This document shows, piece after piece, positions 18,240 through 29,000 of a stretch of 54,260 nt of DNA. Under the pieces are notes generated by a model. That model worked only from the letters and a program-made list of their open reading frames with translations, made no database searches and was not told where the DNA came from. Numbering within the stretch: the stretch's first letter is position 1; every line of letters starts with the position of its first letter. Position numbers and translations under genes: made by a program. The DNA is from a virus (lineage: Duplodnaviria > Caudoviricetes), in the IMG/VR virus record IMGVR_UViG_3300036861_000225, positions 1-54,260 of that record. One strand, given 5' to 3'.

Positions 18240-18596
18240 ATGTCCAGCTATTCACGCCAACTTCTCTCAGGCAGCACCAGCGGGCGCAACATCCCGGTTG
18301 CCGCCGTCGCGACACCGGGCACGCCACTGCACACCGCGATAGCAGGCGCCGTCGCCTTCGACGAGGTGTACTTGTGGGCGGCGAACGTGACCGCTGCCGC
18401 AGCCTCGATCACGATCGAGTGGGGCGGCGTCACGAACCCGGGCGATCACATGGTCAAGACCTACGTCATCCCCGCGAACTCGCCGCCGATCCCCATTGCC
18501 ACGGGGCAAGTACTCAACGGCGGGCTCGCGGTGCGCGCGTTCTCCGACACCGCGAACGCGATCAACGTCACGGGGTACGTGAACCGCATCCAGTAA
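18240..18596 (+). CDS. Small beta-sandwich tail-appendage protein, 118 aa
   Basis: LLSGSTSG...TPGT.LHTA...DEVYLWA...GYVNRI; GGAG SD. Confidence 0.75.
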   Translation: MSSYSRQLLSGSTSGRNIPVAAVATPGTPLHTAIAGAVAFDEVYLWAANVTAAAASITIEWGGVTNPGDHMVKTYVIPANSPPIPIATGQVLNGGLAVRAFSDTANAINVTGYVNRIQ

Positions 18597-18599
18597 GCC

Positions 18600-19760
18600 A
18601 TGTCGCACACGAACCCGTTCCGGCCGACGAACCCCGCTGACGCGCACGAGCAGCTTGCGACGCAAGCGTTCGCGCAGCGGGCCACGCGGCCGGCGCACGC
18701 GCCGGTACAGGCCGAAGAAGTAAGCGTGCACCGCGCGTCGAGCGCCACGTACCGGGACTTGCAGAAGTTCATCGACGTGATGCACTCACCGGGGCGCATC
18801 ACGGGCGGCGAGATCAGTGCTGGCACTGGCAACTCTGTCGTCGTGATGGCCGGCACCGGTATGGTTCGCTTGGCCGACGACAACGTGTCGGAGCTGCGGT
18901 TCGTCGATTGGGACGATCAGACTTTCGAGATCCCGAACGACGGCAATCTTCGGTTCTTCGGGTACGTCTACGCGCCGAGCAACCCGCTCGGCGCAGTAAC
19001 GGAAATGCGGACGACGTTCGACTGGGACAAGGACACCGAGATTCCGCTCGGAAGCGCGGTCAATATCAGCGGCACGCTCTTCACGTTCAGCAACCCGTAT
19101 TGGATGGGCGACCCGATCACCAACATCATCCAGCGGTTCGATGCCTTGGCGCCCGCGCAGCGCGACAACTCGGTGGGCGGTCTGATTCTCGGCGAGACCG
19201 GCACACGCAACATCACGCTGAGTGCGGGTGTCATTTGGTCGCGCCTCACTGACTTCGCAGTCGCAGCAGTCAACACGAGCGTGAGCGGGGGTGTCGGCAG
19301 TGCGTACTACAACGGCACGAACTGGGTCTTTGGCCTGCCGACGATCACACAGTGGCCGAACACGCAGTACAACGACGTGGCGAGCGGGCTCGTCACGATG
19401 AACAACAACTACTACGCGAACCTCTGGTTCTACGTGGCAATCGACTCGGGGACGTTGTTCTTCCTCTACGGGCAAGCGCAGCACAACCAGCTCGCGGACG
19501 CAGTGACGGAGGGGCCGCCCAGCGTCGTGCCGACGAATCTTCCGACGCACGCACTGTTGATTGCGCGGCTCACGTTCCAGAAGAGCGCAGCTGCTGCGTC
19601 GCAGATTTCGCAGGCTTCCGATACGGTGTTCCAAGTGACGCCGGTCACGAACCACAACAACCTGTCGGGGCTCCAAGGGGGCGCGACCGGAGAGTACTAC
19701 CATCTGACTGCGAACTACCGCAGGCAGATCATGCGCTACGTGGCGTTGAGGATGTTCTGA
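18600..19760 (+). CDS. Tail fibre/appendage protein, 386 aa
   Basis: C-terminal HNNLSGLQGG..GEYYHLT fibre motif; tail-region context. Confidence 0.75.
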   Translation: MSHTNPFRPTNPADAHEQLATQAFAQRATRPAHAPVQAEEVSVHRASSATYRDLQKFIDVMHSPGRITGGEISAGTGNSVVVMAGTGMVRLADDNVSELRFVDWDDQTFEIPNDGNLRFFGYVYAPSNPLGAVTEMRTTFDWDKDTEIPLGSAVNISGTLFTFSNPYWMGDPITNIIQRFDALAPAQRDNSVGGLILGETGTRNITLSAGVIWSRLTDFAVAAVNTSVSGGVGSAYYNGTNWVFGLPTITQWPNTQYNDVASGLVTMNNNYYANLWFYVAIDSGTLFFLYGQAQHNQLADAVTEGPPSVVPTNLPTHALLIARLTFQKSAAAASQISQASDTVFQVTPVTNHNNLSGLQGGATGEYYHLTANYRRQIMRYVALRMF

Positions 19761-20560
19761 TGATCTTCTTGACGGCTACCAGTGAAACGCTGACATCCAC
19801 CACTTCAGGCGCCCGATCGGTTGATTGGGCTGTCGCGTGGATCGACGGTAACGACAGTGGCGCGACGCCAGGGACCGCCCAAGGCAACACCACGACTGCG
19901 GTGACGACAACGATCGTCAGCGCGCCAGCGGCGTCGACTCAGCGGCAGATCAAGTACATGTCGTTCGTCAACCGCGAAGCAGTGAACTCACAAGGGATCT
20001 ACGTCAACAAGGTGGACGGCTCCGGTTCGCGCCAGCTGATCGGTCAAGTGACGCTTCTCGCAGGGGAAACGCTTCTCTATCTCGACTCGGTGGGGTGGTT
20101 GCACCTCGATGTCAACGGCCGATCCACGAACGTATCCCTGCCTGACGGCGACTACGGCGACGTCATCGTTTCCAGCGCAGGCACGGTGATGACAGTGGAC
20201 AACGGAACCGGACTCGTGAGCGGTTCCCCCGGCTTTCGCAACATCCCCCAAAACAGCCAAAGCGCAAACTACACGACTGTTGCCGCAGACTCGGGCAAGC
20301 ACATTCTTCACCCCGCGGCGGATGCCAATGCGCGCACGTTCACCATTGACTCGAACGCGAATGTGGCGTACCCGGTCGGGACCGCGATTACGTTCATCAA
20401 TGAAACCTCACAGGTTCTGTCGATCGCAATCACAAGTGACACATTGACTCTGGGCGGCAGCACGACTACCGGCACGCGATCACTCGCGCAAAACGGCGTG
20501 GCAACGGCGGTCAAAGTGACGTCTACCAAGTGGATCATCAGTGGCACGGGACTGACATGA
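19760..20560 (+). CDS. Tail fibre protein (MIFLTATSE...) ending in a docking-like domain
   Basis: TGATG overlap; DGDYGDV motif; C-terminal domain resembles the repeats of 13748..14797. Confidence 0.75.
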   Translation: MIFLTATSETLTSTTSGARSVDWAVAWIDGNDSGATPGTAQGNTTTAVTTTIVSAPAASTQRQIKYMSFVNREAVNSQGIYVNKVDGSGSRQLIGQVTLLAGETLLYLDSVGWLHLDVNGRSTNVSLPDGDYGDVIVSSAGTVMTVDNGTGLVSGSPGFRNIPQNSQSANYTTVAADSGKHILHPAADANARTFTIDSNANVAYPVGTAITFINETSQVLSIAITSDTLTLGGSTTTGTRSLAQNGVATAVKVTSTKWIISGTGLT

Positions 20561-21360
20561 GATTCGTGCAAGATGCTTCAGGCTTGCTCGTTCCGCGCGA
20601 GCGACGCCCGATTCTCCCCCGCAATGTCCGCGGCCCCTTGTCGGCGGCATCGCAGCAAGCGTTGCTTATGGGGGGCGGCACCTCCATATCCGACATCGTT
20701 CACTTGATGTTCAACGGCGCCAATGGCGGTTCGGTCTTCACGGATGATGGTACTGCTGCGAGTACGTGGACCCGCTCGGACGCCAACGTTACGACGAGCA
20801 CGACGAACCCGAAAGAAGGCTCTGCTGCGTTGGACATCAACGCCGCGACGAGTTACCTGAGCACCAACTACACGGGAAGCAACACAATCACGACCGGGGA
20901 CTACTTCTGCGGCCTGTGGTTCTACCCGACTGCGGTTGGCATCAATCAGGCGGTTTTCGGAGTAACCGACGCGACGAATACGGCGGCCGGCACAGCGTTC
21001 ATCATGTATGTGCTGACGGACAACCGGTTCCGTCTGTACTACTCCAACGGCACGACGCTAAGCAACGTCGTCGTCAATAGCGTCGCGATCACGGCGAACA
21101 CTTGGTTCTATTTCTCCTTCTACCACCAGTCGAGTGACAACGTCGTTTACGTGCAAACGAACGGGGGTTCGTCGACGACCATCAGCGGACTGACGACGCT
21201 CAATGTGCCCTCGGGCAAGGAACTTCGCTTCGGTAAGGTTCCAAGCGACAACGGTCCGAGTCACGGTCAGTGGGATATGTGCCAAATGCGCCGCTCAATT
21301 CCCGCCGGTATCCCTGGTGGCGGCGCATCATTCACGCCACCGACGACACCTTTTTCGTGA
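20557..21360 (+). CDS. LamG/concanavalin A-like receptor-binding protein (paralogue 2)
   Basis: Aligns end to end with 14797..15528; ATGA overlap. Confidence 0.8.
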   Translation: MRFVQDASGLLVPRERRPILPRNVRGPLSAASQQALLMGGGTSISDIVHLMFNGANGGSVFTDDGTAASTWTRSDANVTTSTTNPKEGSAALDINAATSYLSTNYTGSNTITTGDYFCGLWFYPTAVGINQAVFGVTDATNTAAGTAFIMYVLTDNRFRLYYSNGTTLSNVVVNSVAITANTWFYFSFYHQSSDNVVYVQTNGGSSTTISGLTTLNVPSGKELRFGKVPSDNGPSHGQWDMCQMRRSIPAGIPGGGASFTPPTTPFS

Positions 21361-21397
21361 CACTTCGCAGAATTTTTCAACGCCCAGAAAGGGAATC

Positions 21398-21727
21398 ATG
21401 TCGATCACCATCAACGTCAACTTCACTGCCGCTCCGCCGCCGAGCAACACCAACTTCAAACTGCTTCGCGTCAAGCTCACCGACGCCGGCGGCGCCCTGT
21501 TCCAACAGGAGATTCTGAAGGCGGACGTCGAAGCGAATTCGGTGCTGCAACCCGATGGCAGCTATTCGCTGCCGGTCACCTTCTCGGGCGTCGGCGTCGG
21601 CCCGTACACCATCACCGCGCAGGCGGCCAGCGATATCGGCCCGTTCGGCCCGATTGCCTCGGGCAGCGGCACCGTCTCGCTCGCCGATGGCGTGTGGTAC
21701 GCATCGCCGATCGGTTTCGGGGTGTGA
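21398..21727 (+). CDS. Ig-like beta-sandwich protein (MSITINVNF...), possible decoration protein
   Basis: AAGGGA SD; VTFSGVGVGPYTITAQA strand pattern. Confidence 0.65.
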   Translation: MSITINVNFTAAPPPSNTNFKLLRVKLTDAGGALFQQEILKADVEANSVLQPDGSYSLPVTFSGVGVGPYTITAQAASDIGPFGPIASGSGTVSLADGVWYASPIGFGV

Positions 21728-22116
21728 TCTCTGGGACGGCTTTCACCATCGAAGACCCACGGATGGTGGAAGCCGCCTGCCGTGGGTTGGCGCCCACTAT
21801 CGCCAGTGCTTCCGAGATCCGTGAAATTCAGTCACAATGCGCGTCAGAAAGGGCCATGTGCCTAGCGTGCGAAGACGGCATGATCGTCGTTGACCTGCGC
21901 CCGCACGGGGATGCCCTCGAAATGTTCGTGTGGATCGCTATTGCCTTCAGGCATGGCGCGTTCGAGCGACAAGACGCCGCAGTGCGAGCCATCGCACGCG
22001 ATCTCGGAGCACAGACGATTGCCTTCCAAACCCGAAGGCGCGGATGGGCAAGGCGGCTCGGGCCCGAGTGGCACCGACGCGGTTCAAACGAGTTCGTGAG
22101 GCAAGTCGATGAGTAA
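21724..22116 (+). CDS. GNAT-fold head assembly protein preceding the ejection genes (P22 gp14-like position)
   Basis: GTGA overlap; IARDLGAQTIAFQTRRRGW motif. Confidence 0.6.
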   Translation: MISGTAFTIEDPRMVEAACRGLAPTIASASEIREIQSQCASERAMCLACEDGMIVVDLRPHGDALEMFVWIAIAFRHGAFERQDAAVRAIARDLGAQTIAFQTRRRGWARRLGPEWHRRGSNEFVRQVDE

Positions 22117-22759
22117 AGGTGGCGGCGAAGTTCAGGAGACCGCGCAACAGCGTGCGATGGCCGAGCACGCCGTCAACCTGATGAACGACTACAAGGCGCG
22201 GTGGTTGCCCGTTCAGCAGAAGCTCGCCAAGCAGGTCGAAGCGATGGGCGCCGAAGGCTCGGCGCAACGCCGCGAAGCCGCTGGCAAGGCCGCCACCGAC
22301 ACCCAGATCCAGTTTGCGCAGGCGCGGGGGGCCTTGGAAAAGGGGCTCACGGGCGCGGGCGCAGCACCGGGATCTTCGCGGGCGAACCTTGCGATCACGG
22401 GCATCGGGTCCGATCTCGCCAAGTCGAAGGGCTTGAGCACGATGATCGCCGACCAGCAGATCGAGGACGCCTACACACAAGGGTTGGGCGCGCTCATGCA
22501 GATCGGGCAGGGCAAGTCGGCCAGTGTGGCGAACTCGATGGCACTCCAGGCGCAGCAGAGCGGGTACCAATCCGCAGCCGACGCACAGGCAGCCCTCGCC
22601 GAAAAGCAGGGATATGCCCAACTCGCCGGGCAGACCGCGGGCTACGGGCTCCAGAGCGCGATGGCGCCGAACAGGTTCGGAACGGAATACAACAAGTTCA
22701 CTGGGGCGTACACCGGCCCAACGGGCCCGGGCATCAACACGCCGCAGGCGGGAACCTGA
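22109..22759 (+). CDS. Internal virion / ejection protein A
   Basis: MSKGGG start, A/G/Q-rich helical composition, synteny. Confidence 0.75.
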   Translation: MSKGGGEVQETAQQRAMAEHAVNLMNDYKARWLPVQQKLAKQVEAMGAEGSAQRREAAGKAATDTQIQFAQARGALEKGLTGAGAAPGSSRANLAITGIGSDLAKSKGLSTMIADQQIEDAYTQGLGALMQIGQGKSASVANSMALQAQQSGYQSAADAQAALAEKQGYAQLAGQTAGYGLQSAMAPNRFGTEYNKFTGAYTGPTGPGINTPQAGT

Positions 22760-22760
22760 C

Positions 22761-23207
22761 ATGGCTTTCCTCGGCAACGTTCTTGGGTTTGGCGCAGCCG
22801 CAGGCGGCCGAGCGCTGCTCGGCAGCATGGGCGGCAAAGACTCGACGCAAGGCACCAGCGCCAGCGATCTGTACGCGCAACTCACGCGCGAGCAGTGGGC
22901 GAACTACGTGAACACGTTCGTGCCGATTGAAAATGCACTGATAAAATACGCCACGGATACGACACTGCCGGGGCAGGAAATGGCGAAGGCAAGCGCAGAC
23001 GTGAACGCTGCATATACGCAGCAGGCCGGCGCCACGGCACGCCGACTGCGGGGGCTCGGCGTCACGCTCTCTCCTGAGGAACAGGCAGCGCAGCAAAAGC
23101 AGTACGGATTGAGCAAGAGTCTTGCCGACGTTCAATCGCAAAACGTTGCCGGTGACCTGACTCGTCAGAGGCAGCAAAGCATCCTCGGGAACCCTGCACC
23201 AACATGA
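22761..23207 (+). CDS. Internal virion / ejection protein B (MAFLGNVLG...)
   Basis: In-frame ATG of ORF 22524..23207; TREQW..Y...F.P.E motif. Confidence 0.7.
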   Translation: MAFLGNVLGFGAAAGGRALLGSMGGKDSTQGTSASDLYAQLTREQWANYVNTFVPIENALIKYATDTTLPGQEMAKASADVNAAYTQQAGATARRLRGLGVTLSPEEQAAQQKQYGLSKSLADVQSQNVAGDLTRQRQQSILGNPAPT

Positions 23208-23728
23208 AGCCCAGTGAACGTCGAATGCTTCTCCAGCATGCTCGCTTGCTTGAGCTGCTTCACTATGACCCGGAAACAGGGCAGTTCACGTGGCGCGTTG
23301 ATCCCAACCCGATCAAGAAGGGGCGGACGCAGGCCGGTGACGTCGCGGGCACGCTGACTTCTTGCGGCTACGTGTCGATCAACATCCAGGGTACGCACTA
23401 CTACGCGCACCGGCTGGCGGTCTTCTACGTGACCGGGGAGTGGCCTTCACATGAGATCGACCACAAGAACGGGAAACGTGCGGATAACTGCTGGCTGAAT
23501 CTGCGCCACGCGACAGAAAAGCAGCAGCGTGAGAACGCAACGCCCCAACGACGGTCCCAGAGCGGGGTCCGCGGTGTCTACTGGTTCAAGCGAACGCAGC
23601 AATGGCGAGCAGTCATCAACCACGATAAGCGGGCGTTCTCGCTCGGCTACCATGACTCTCTTCTCGACGCCGTAGCGGCGCGGCTGCGTGCTGAACGCGC
23701 GCTGTTCACCCACCATCGGGAGCACTGA
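23204..23728 (+). CDS. HNH homing endonuclease with AP2-like C-terminus (copy 3)
   Basis: LLHYDPETGQFTW, AHRLA, IDHKNGKRADNCWLNLR, SGVRGVYW. Confidence 0.92.
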   Translation: MKPSERRMLLQHARLLELLHYDPETGQFTWRVDPNPIKKGRTQAGDVAGTLTSCGYVSINIQGTHYYAHRLAVFYVTGEWPSHEIDHKNGKRADNCWLNLRHATEKQQRENATPQRRSQSGVRGVYWFKRTQQWRAVINHDKRAFSLGYHDSLLDAVAARLRAERALFTHHREH

Positions 23729-23730
23729 GC

Positions 23731-24021
23731 ATGGCAGGCGGATACGGAGTAGGCGCTTCTCTCGCGAGTGTCGGCCGCGCAGGCGGCGGGCTGGCCGGCG
23801 CGGCCGAGAGCCGCGAGCAGCAGGCCATGCAGATGCTCGGCGACGTCGCGGCGCAGGAAACGCAGCGCAACGTCACGAACAAACAGATCGCGGCGCAGGA
23901 GAAGGCCGGCAACATGCAGCTCGGTTCGACCTTGGGCGCCGCAGTTGGAACTGCGGTCATGCCCGGCGTCGGAACGCTGATCGGCGGCGTTTTGGGCGGT
24001 CTTGCGGGCGGCCTTTTCTAG
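23731..24021 (+). CDS. Glycine-zipper internal virion protein
   Basis: GSTLGAAVG...PGVGTLIGGVLGGLAGGLF. Confidence 0.75.
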   Translation: MAGGYGVGASLASVGRAGGGLAGAAESREQQAMQMLGDVAAQETQRNVTNKQIAAQEKAGNMQLGSTLGAAVGTAVMPGVGTLIGGVLGGLAGGLF

Positions 24022-24030
24022 GAACAAGAC

Positions 24031-26085
24031 ATGGCTTACGGCCTCGGTGGAGCAATCGCGCAAGGGCTGGAATCCGGCTTCCAAATGGGCCGGCAGGTCG
24101 ACATCGATCGCGCGGCCGCGCAAGAGCGCGAGCGACAGATCGCGCGGCAAACCGTCATCGACGAGCGCGCGGCCAAGGCTGCGGAGCTCGCGGAGACCCA
24201 CAACGCGCTCGCGGCCAGCCGCGAACGGCTCGGCATGCTCGCGACCGAGGGCGCCGGGCTCGCGCAGCAGTACGGCGGGGATGTGACGAAGATCCCGATC
24301 GACGTGCAGACCGAATACGCCACGCGCGCCGCCACGGCGCGCCGCGGGCACGAGGATCTGCTCAACAAGGTCGCGCCCATGGCGCAGGAGTGGCGGCAGG
24401 CTGCGCAGGACGACGCCTCGAAAATGTCGGCGGGGCAACTCGATCCGATGGACCCGAAGTACCCGCCTGCGCGGCTGGTGCACACGCTCACTGCCACCGC
24501 GCGCCGGCCGCTGCAAGACTTCATGCCGCAAGGCGACCAACCGGCGCCTGTCACGCAGATGGTCAACGACTTCCGCACCGGTCTCCAGACCGGGAACGAG
24601 GGCATGACGCTGAAGGCCCTGAACGGTCTCTTTGCGCCCGAGCTGAAAACCGGGGTCGGCCAGCCCAGCCCGCACGGTGGCGTCATCGTCGGCAAGCAGG
24701 TCGTGAAGCTGCTGCCGGCGCCGTCCGATCCGAACAACCCCAACGACCCGAACGCCGGCAAGGTCACGCCGGTGCTGCGCGTGTTCGTGCGTGAAGGCCC
24801 GGACTCGCAGGCCGGCGTCGCCGAAACGCGGCAGATGGCCTCGATCGAGCAACAGCGCTACGGCGCGCCGCCGGGCGCAACCGGGCACTACGACGCCCCG
24901 GTGACGCAGAACCGCTCGACGGACCCGAATGACCCGATCGCGCACATCAGCATGGAAGATGCGATGAACCGCATCGGCCAGATGGAAACGCTCGTGTCGG
25001 GGCTGCAAGATCCTGCACTGCGCGCAAAGGTCGACCAGGGCATGAAGGAAGCCGGCGCCACACCGGATGCGTTCTTGGGCGCGCTGTATTCGGTCGGCGG
25101 CAAGATGCCGGCGAAGCAGGAGACCTACGAGAACGTGCCGATCGGCAAGTACGGCACCGTGCGGATCACGAAAGGCCCCACCGGCAAGGAAACCAGCCGC
25201 GAGCTACTGGCGCCACCAGCCGCCGCGGCGCAGACCGGCGGCCCGCTGGCGAAGAAACTCGCCGACATCGAGGCATCGGATCTGTCCGACACCGAGAAGG
25301 AGAAGGCCAAGCGCGTCGCGGCTGGGATCGAGAAGGTCAAGGCTGGTGGCGGCATGGGTGGTGGGGCAGGCGCGGGTGGCGCGGCGAAAGGGATCGACCC
25401 GAAGGTCGTCGACTTCTATGCTCAACTTGCGTGGTCTGGGGACCGGGATTGGCAGGCGGGTCTCGCCCGTGGCAAGGAGGGGCAGAAACTCATTTCCATC
25501 GTGAAGGACCGCATTCCGTCGTGGGGCGAAGAACACGGGCTGACACCACAAGATTACGGTACGACCCGGGCGCAACAGGTCGCGCTGTCGAAGACCTTGA
25601 CCGATCGCCAGAAGTACGTGACTGCAGTTGAGCAACTGAACGGTACGCTGACGCGGCAAGGCGATCTCGTGAAGTCGCTGCTCGCCAAGGGCGGCGCCAC
25701 GGAGGGCGGACCGCTATTCAACAAGCCATTGAACGCGCTCAAGACCGTGCTTGGGGATTCCGACTTCGCGCAACTGCAAGCCGCGCTGCTCGGGCTGTCG
25801 CGCGAGCATCAGCGGGTGCTCACTTCGCCACTGTCCAACGCACAGCTTCACGTTTCGGCGCAAGAGACCGGCGACAAGCTGATCAACGCCAACATGCCGC
25901 CGAGAACGATCGTCGACATCATCGACAACGTGATGAAGAAGGAAGCCCGGAACGGTCTGGAGCAAGGGAAGGCCACGCTTGAAGACACCCGCGCGCAGAT
26001 GCGCGGACTCGGCAAGGCGCCCGGTGGTGCGCCCAAGGTCTCGGCAGAAGATGACGCGCTCATCAACAAGTACCTGAAGAAGTGA
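24031..26085 (+). CDS. Large ejection (DNA transfer) protein, 684 aa
   Basis: AGGA SD; helical A/Q/G-rich composition; synteny. Confidence 0.75.
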   Translation: MAYGLGGAIAQGLESGFQMGRQVDIDRAAAQERERQIARQTVIDERAAKAAELAETHNALAASRERLGMLATEGAGLAQQYGGDVTKIPIDVQTEYATRAATARRGHEDLLNKVAPMAQEWRQAAQDDASKMSAGQLDPMDPKYPPARLVHTLTATARRPLQDFMPQGDQPAPVTQMVNDFRTGLQTGNEGMTLKALNGLFAPELKTGVGQPSPHGGVIVGKQVVKLLPAPSDPNNPNDPNAGKVTPVLRVFVREGPDSQAGVAETRQMASIEQQRYGAPPGATGHYDAPVTQNRSTDPNDPIAHISMEDAMNRIGQMETLVSGLQDPALRAKVDQGMKEAGATPDAFLGALYSVGGKMPAKQETYENVPIGKYGTVRITKGPTGKETSRELLAPPAAAAQTGGPLAKKLADIEASDLSDTEKEKAKRVAAGIEKVKAGGGMGGGAGAGGAAKGIDPKVVDFYAQLAWSGDRDWQAGLARGKEGQKLISIVKDRIPSWGEEHGLTPQDYGTTRAQQVALSKTLTDRQKYVTAVEQLNGTLTRQGDLVKSLLAKGGATEGGPLFNKPLNALKTVLGDSDFAQLQAALLGLSREHQRVLTSPLSNAQLHVSAQETGDKLINANMPPRTIVDIIDNVMKKEARNGLEQGKATLEDTRAQMRGLGKAPGGAPKVSAEDDALINKYLKK

Positions 26086-26088
26086 CGC

Positions 26089-29000
26089 ATGCCCTCCTAC
26101 GATGACGTGATGACCGCGCTCCGCAACGCGGACGCTTCCGGCAACGTCGAGGACGCGAAGCGCCTCGCGCAGATCGCGTCGCGGCTGCGCAGCCAGCAGA
26201 CCGAGGCGCCCGTGGCCCCGCCACCCGCAGTCGGGGCGCCGGGAACGGTGCTCGACATCACCGGCGCGCCGACGAACATTTCTCGTGAGGCCACCCTCGC
26301 GATGATCCCGGGCAGCGCGCCGCCTGCGCCGCCTGCGCCGGAGCCGTCGTTTCTGGAGAAGGCCCGTGGCGCGGTCGAAGCGGGGCTAAGTCTAGCGACC
26401 GGGCTCGTCAATGCGCTTCCAGGCGCGGTAGGTGGGTACGTGGGGGGCGCCGTCGGCGCTGCCGAAACTGCGTTGCGCGGTGGCGTGCAGCCCGGCGTGA
26501 TCAACGCGCCGGGCATGCCCGCGGGGGCGCGGATCGGCACGCCGCGGGGCAGCGAGGCCAGTACCCCCATGCTCTCAGCGCTCAACGAGGCGATGGGCCA
26601 AGGCGCGCAGGCCGCAACCTATCAGCCGTCGACCGAGACCGGACAGGAGTACGCCGAGAAGGCCGGCGAAGCGCTGGGCCCGCTGATGGCGACGCTGGGC
26701 GGCCACGCCGGCACGCTGGCGCCCGCGGTTCCTGGCGCGCGGCCCGCGCTTGAGGCAACGGGCACCGCGGCGAAGCGCGTGGGTGCGGCAGCGGTCGAGG
26801 CGGCAGTGCCGACGATCACGCCGCAGCGCGCGGCGAACGTCAGGGCCGGCATGGAGCAAGGACTCACTTTCGCGCCACACCAGCTCGCCGAAAACAAGTT
26901 CGTCAAGATGGCCGGCGAAACGGCCGAGAGCGTGCCGGGATCGTTCGGCGAAATGCGGCGCGCCGATCGGCAGCAGGCTTTCAATCAGGCGCTGATCAAA
27001 CACGTGAACCCTGAAGAGACGGCCACGCGGCTCACGGGCGACGTGCTGGGCGCTGCGATGAACCGCTCGGGCGGCAAGATCGGCGAGATCACGGCGAAGA
27101 CCGAGCTTCCGCTTGAAGACGTGCAGGGTGGCTTCGCGGCGCAGCGCCGCGCGCTGTCGCGCACGACCGAGGACGCGCAGCGCGTGGTCGGCGGCTACAT
27201 CGACGAGTTCGAGAGGCTGGCCGCGGAGAACGGCGGCAGCATCCCCGGGACCGCGTTCAAGGACTTGAACAGCGAGCTCGGCCGCGAGATCCGCGCGAAC
27301 GCCGGCAACCCGCTCGGCAACAAACTGAGCGATCTGCAAGACGTGGTGCTTGATGCCTTCCGCGACAAGCTCAGTGCAGAGGACCGCGCGGCGTACGACA
27401 CGTCACGCAGGGAGTACGCCAAGGCCAAGACGATCCTTCCCCTTGTGGCGAAGTCCGTCGAAGGCGACATCGCGCCTGGAGCGCTGATGAACGCAGTCAC
27501 GGCATCGAAGGCCGGCAAGGAAGCGATGGGCCGCGGCCGCGGAGGCGAGCTGGGCGAGCTGGCGCGCGCTGGCAAGTACCTCGTTGACCAGAAGTCATCG
27601 GGCACTGCCGAACGCAGCCTCGTGTACAAGTTCATCCTCGATCCGATCAAGGAAACGGCCAAGGCCGCGACGATGTACCCGGCCGCAGTGGCGTACAACC
27701 TCGCGGGCCCTGCCGTCGCGCGCGCGATGGTGCGCAAGGGGTTGAAGAAAGGTGGCGCCGAGCTCCCGCCCGAGGAACTGCCGCCCGGCGCTGGCGGGGC
27801 TGCGGAACCGCCTCCCGGTGGCGCTGGCCCGGCTGGCGGGCCGCCCGCGCCGATCGACCCGCGGCTCGCCGAAGTCGAGAAGTTGCGCGCCCAGTCCACG
27901 GACCCGGCGGTGCAGGCCGCGCTCGACGAGCACGCGAAGACCGTGCAGAAGACCATCGCCGCCGAGACCGCGGCGAAAAAGCAGGCGGCCAGTGTCGAGG
28001 CGCTGGAAGCCGCGGCCAAGGCCACGGAAGACCCGGCGTTGCGTAAGACGCTCCAGGCGCGCGCCGACAAGCTGCGCGCCGAGAAGATCCCGGTCGGCGA
28101 GGTGATCGAGGGCCAGCCCGTGATCCCGGTCGAGAAGCCCGGCAAGATCCCCGCAGGCAAGGCGACCGAAGGTCAGCCCGAGATCCCGGTCGGCAAGACC
28201 GAGAAGGTGCCGGCTGGCGAGGCGACCGAGATCGCGCCCGAGGTGGCGCCGGAAGTGACCGCGCCGGAAGTGACCGCGCCGCCCGAACCGCTGCCCGTGG
28301 GCGAGGCGACCGAGCTCAAGCCCACGGTGCCGGTGGGCGAGGCAACCGAGCTCAAGCCCACGGTGCCGGTGGGCGAGGCAACCGAGATCGCGCCCGAGGT
28401 CGTTGCACCCGAGGCGCCGATCCCGGTCGGCGAGGCGACGGAGTTCCCGCCGATCCCGACCGGCGAGGCCACCGAGGTGACGATCGGAGGCGGCAAGGGC
28501 GACTATGCGCACACTGCGCTATTCGACGCGGCTCAGAAGCGCGGGATCGAGACCCGCGGCCGGCGCCCGAGCGAGGTACGCGCCGCGGTCGAGAATGCGG
28601 TGATCAAGGAGCACAAGCTCGGCCCGCAAGATGCGGAACGCGCGAAGGCTGTAGCAAAAGCTCTCGACATCGACGAGAAGGCCGTCGAGAATGCGGCCGT
28701 TCAACACGAACGGAGTCCCCGCATGTTTGATCGCGAGATCGACCGAATCATTGAGCAAGGAACCGCGCAGCCCGAGGCTGCACCCGCTGCCGCCGCGCCG
28801 ACGTACCAGAAAGGCAACTCATGGGTGTTGCGCGAGAAGGCAACGGGCAAGGTGATCATGGAGACCTACGACCCCAAGAAGGTCGCGGCGCTGAACACCG
28901 AGAAGTACGAAGCCGTACCGATCGGCGAGTACCTTGCCGGCGTCAACCGGAAGATCAAGGAAGGAGCGCCCAATGCGCCTGAAACCAAGCAAGCTATTGG

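Noticed and set aside
14797-21360. Diversity-generating retroelement (TR/VR) between the two LamG 3' ends
   Set aside because: No reverse transcriptase; differences are mostly synonymous and not adenine-specific; both copies are intact genes
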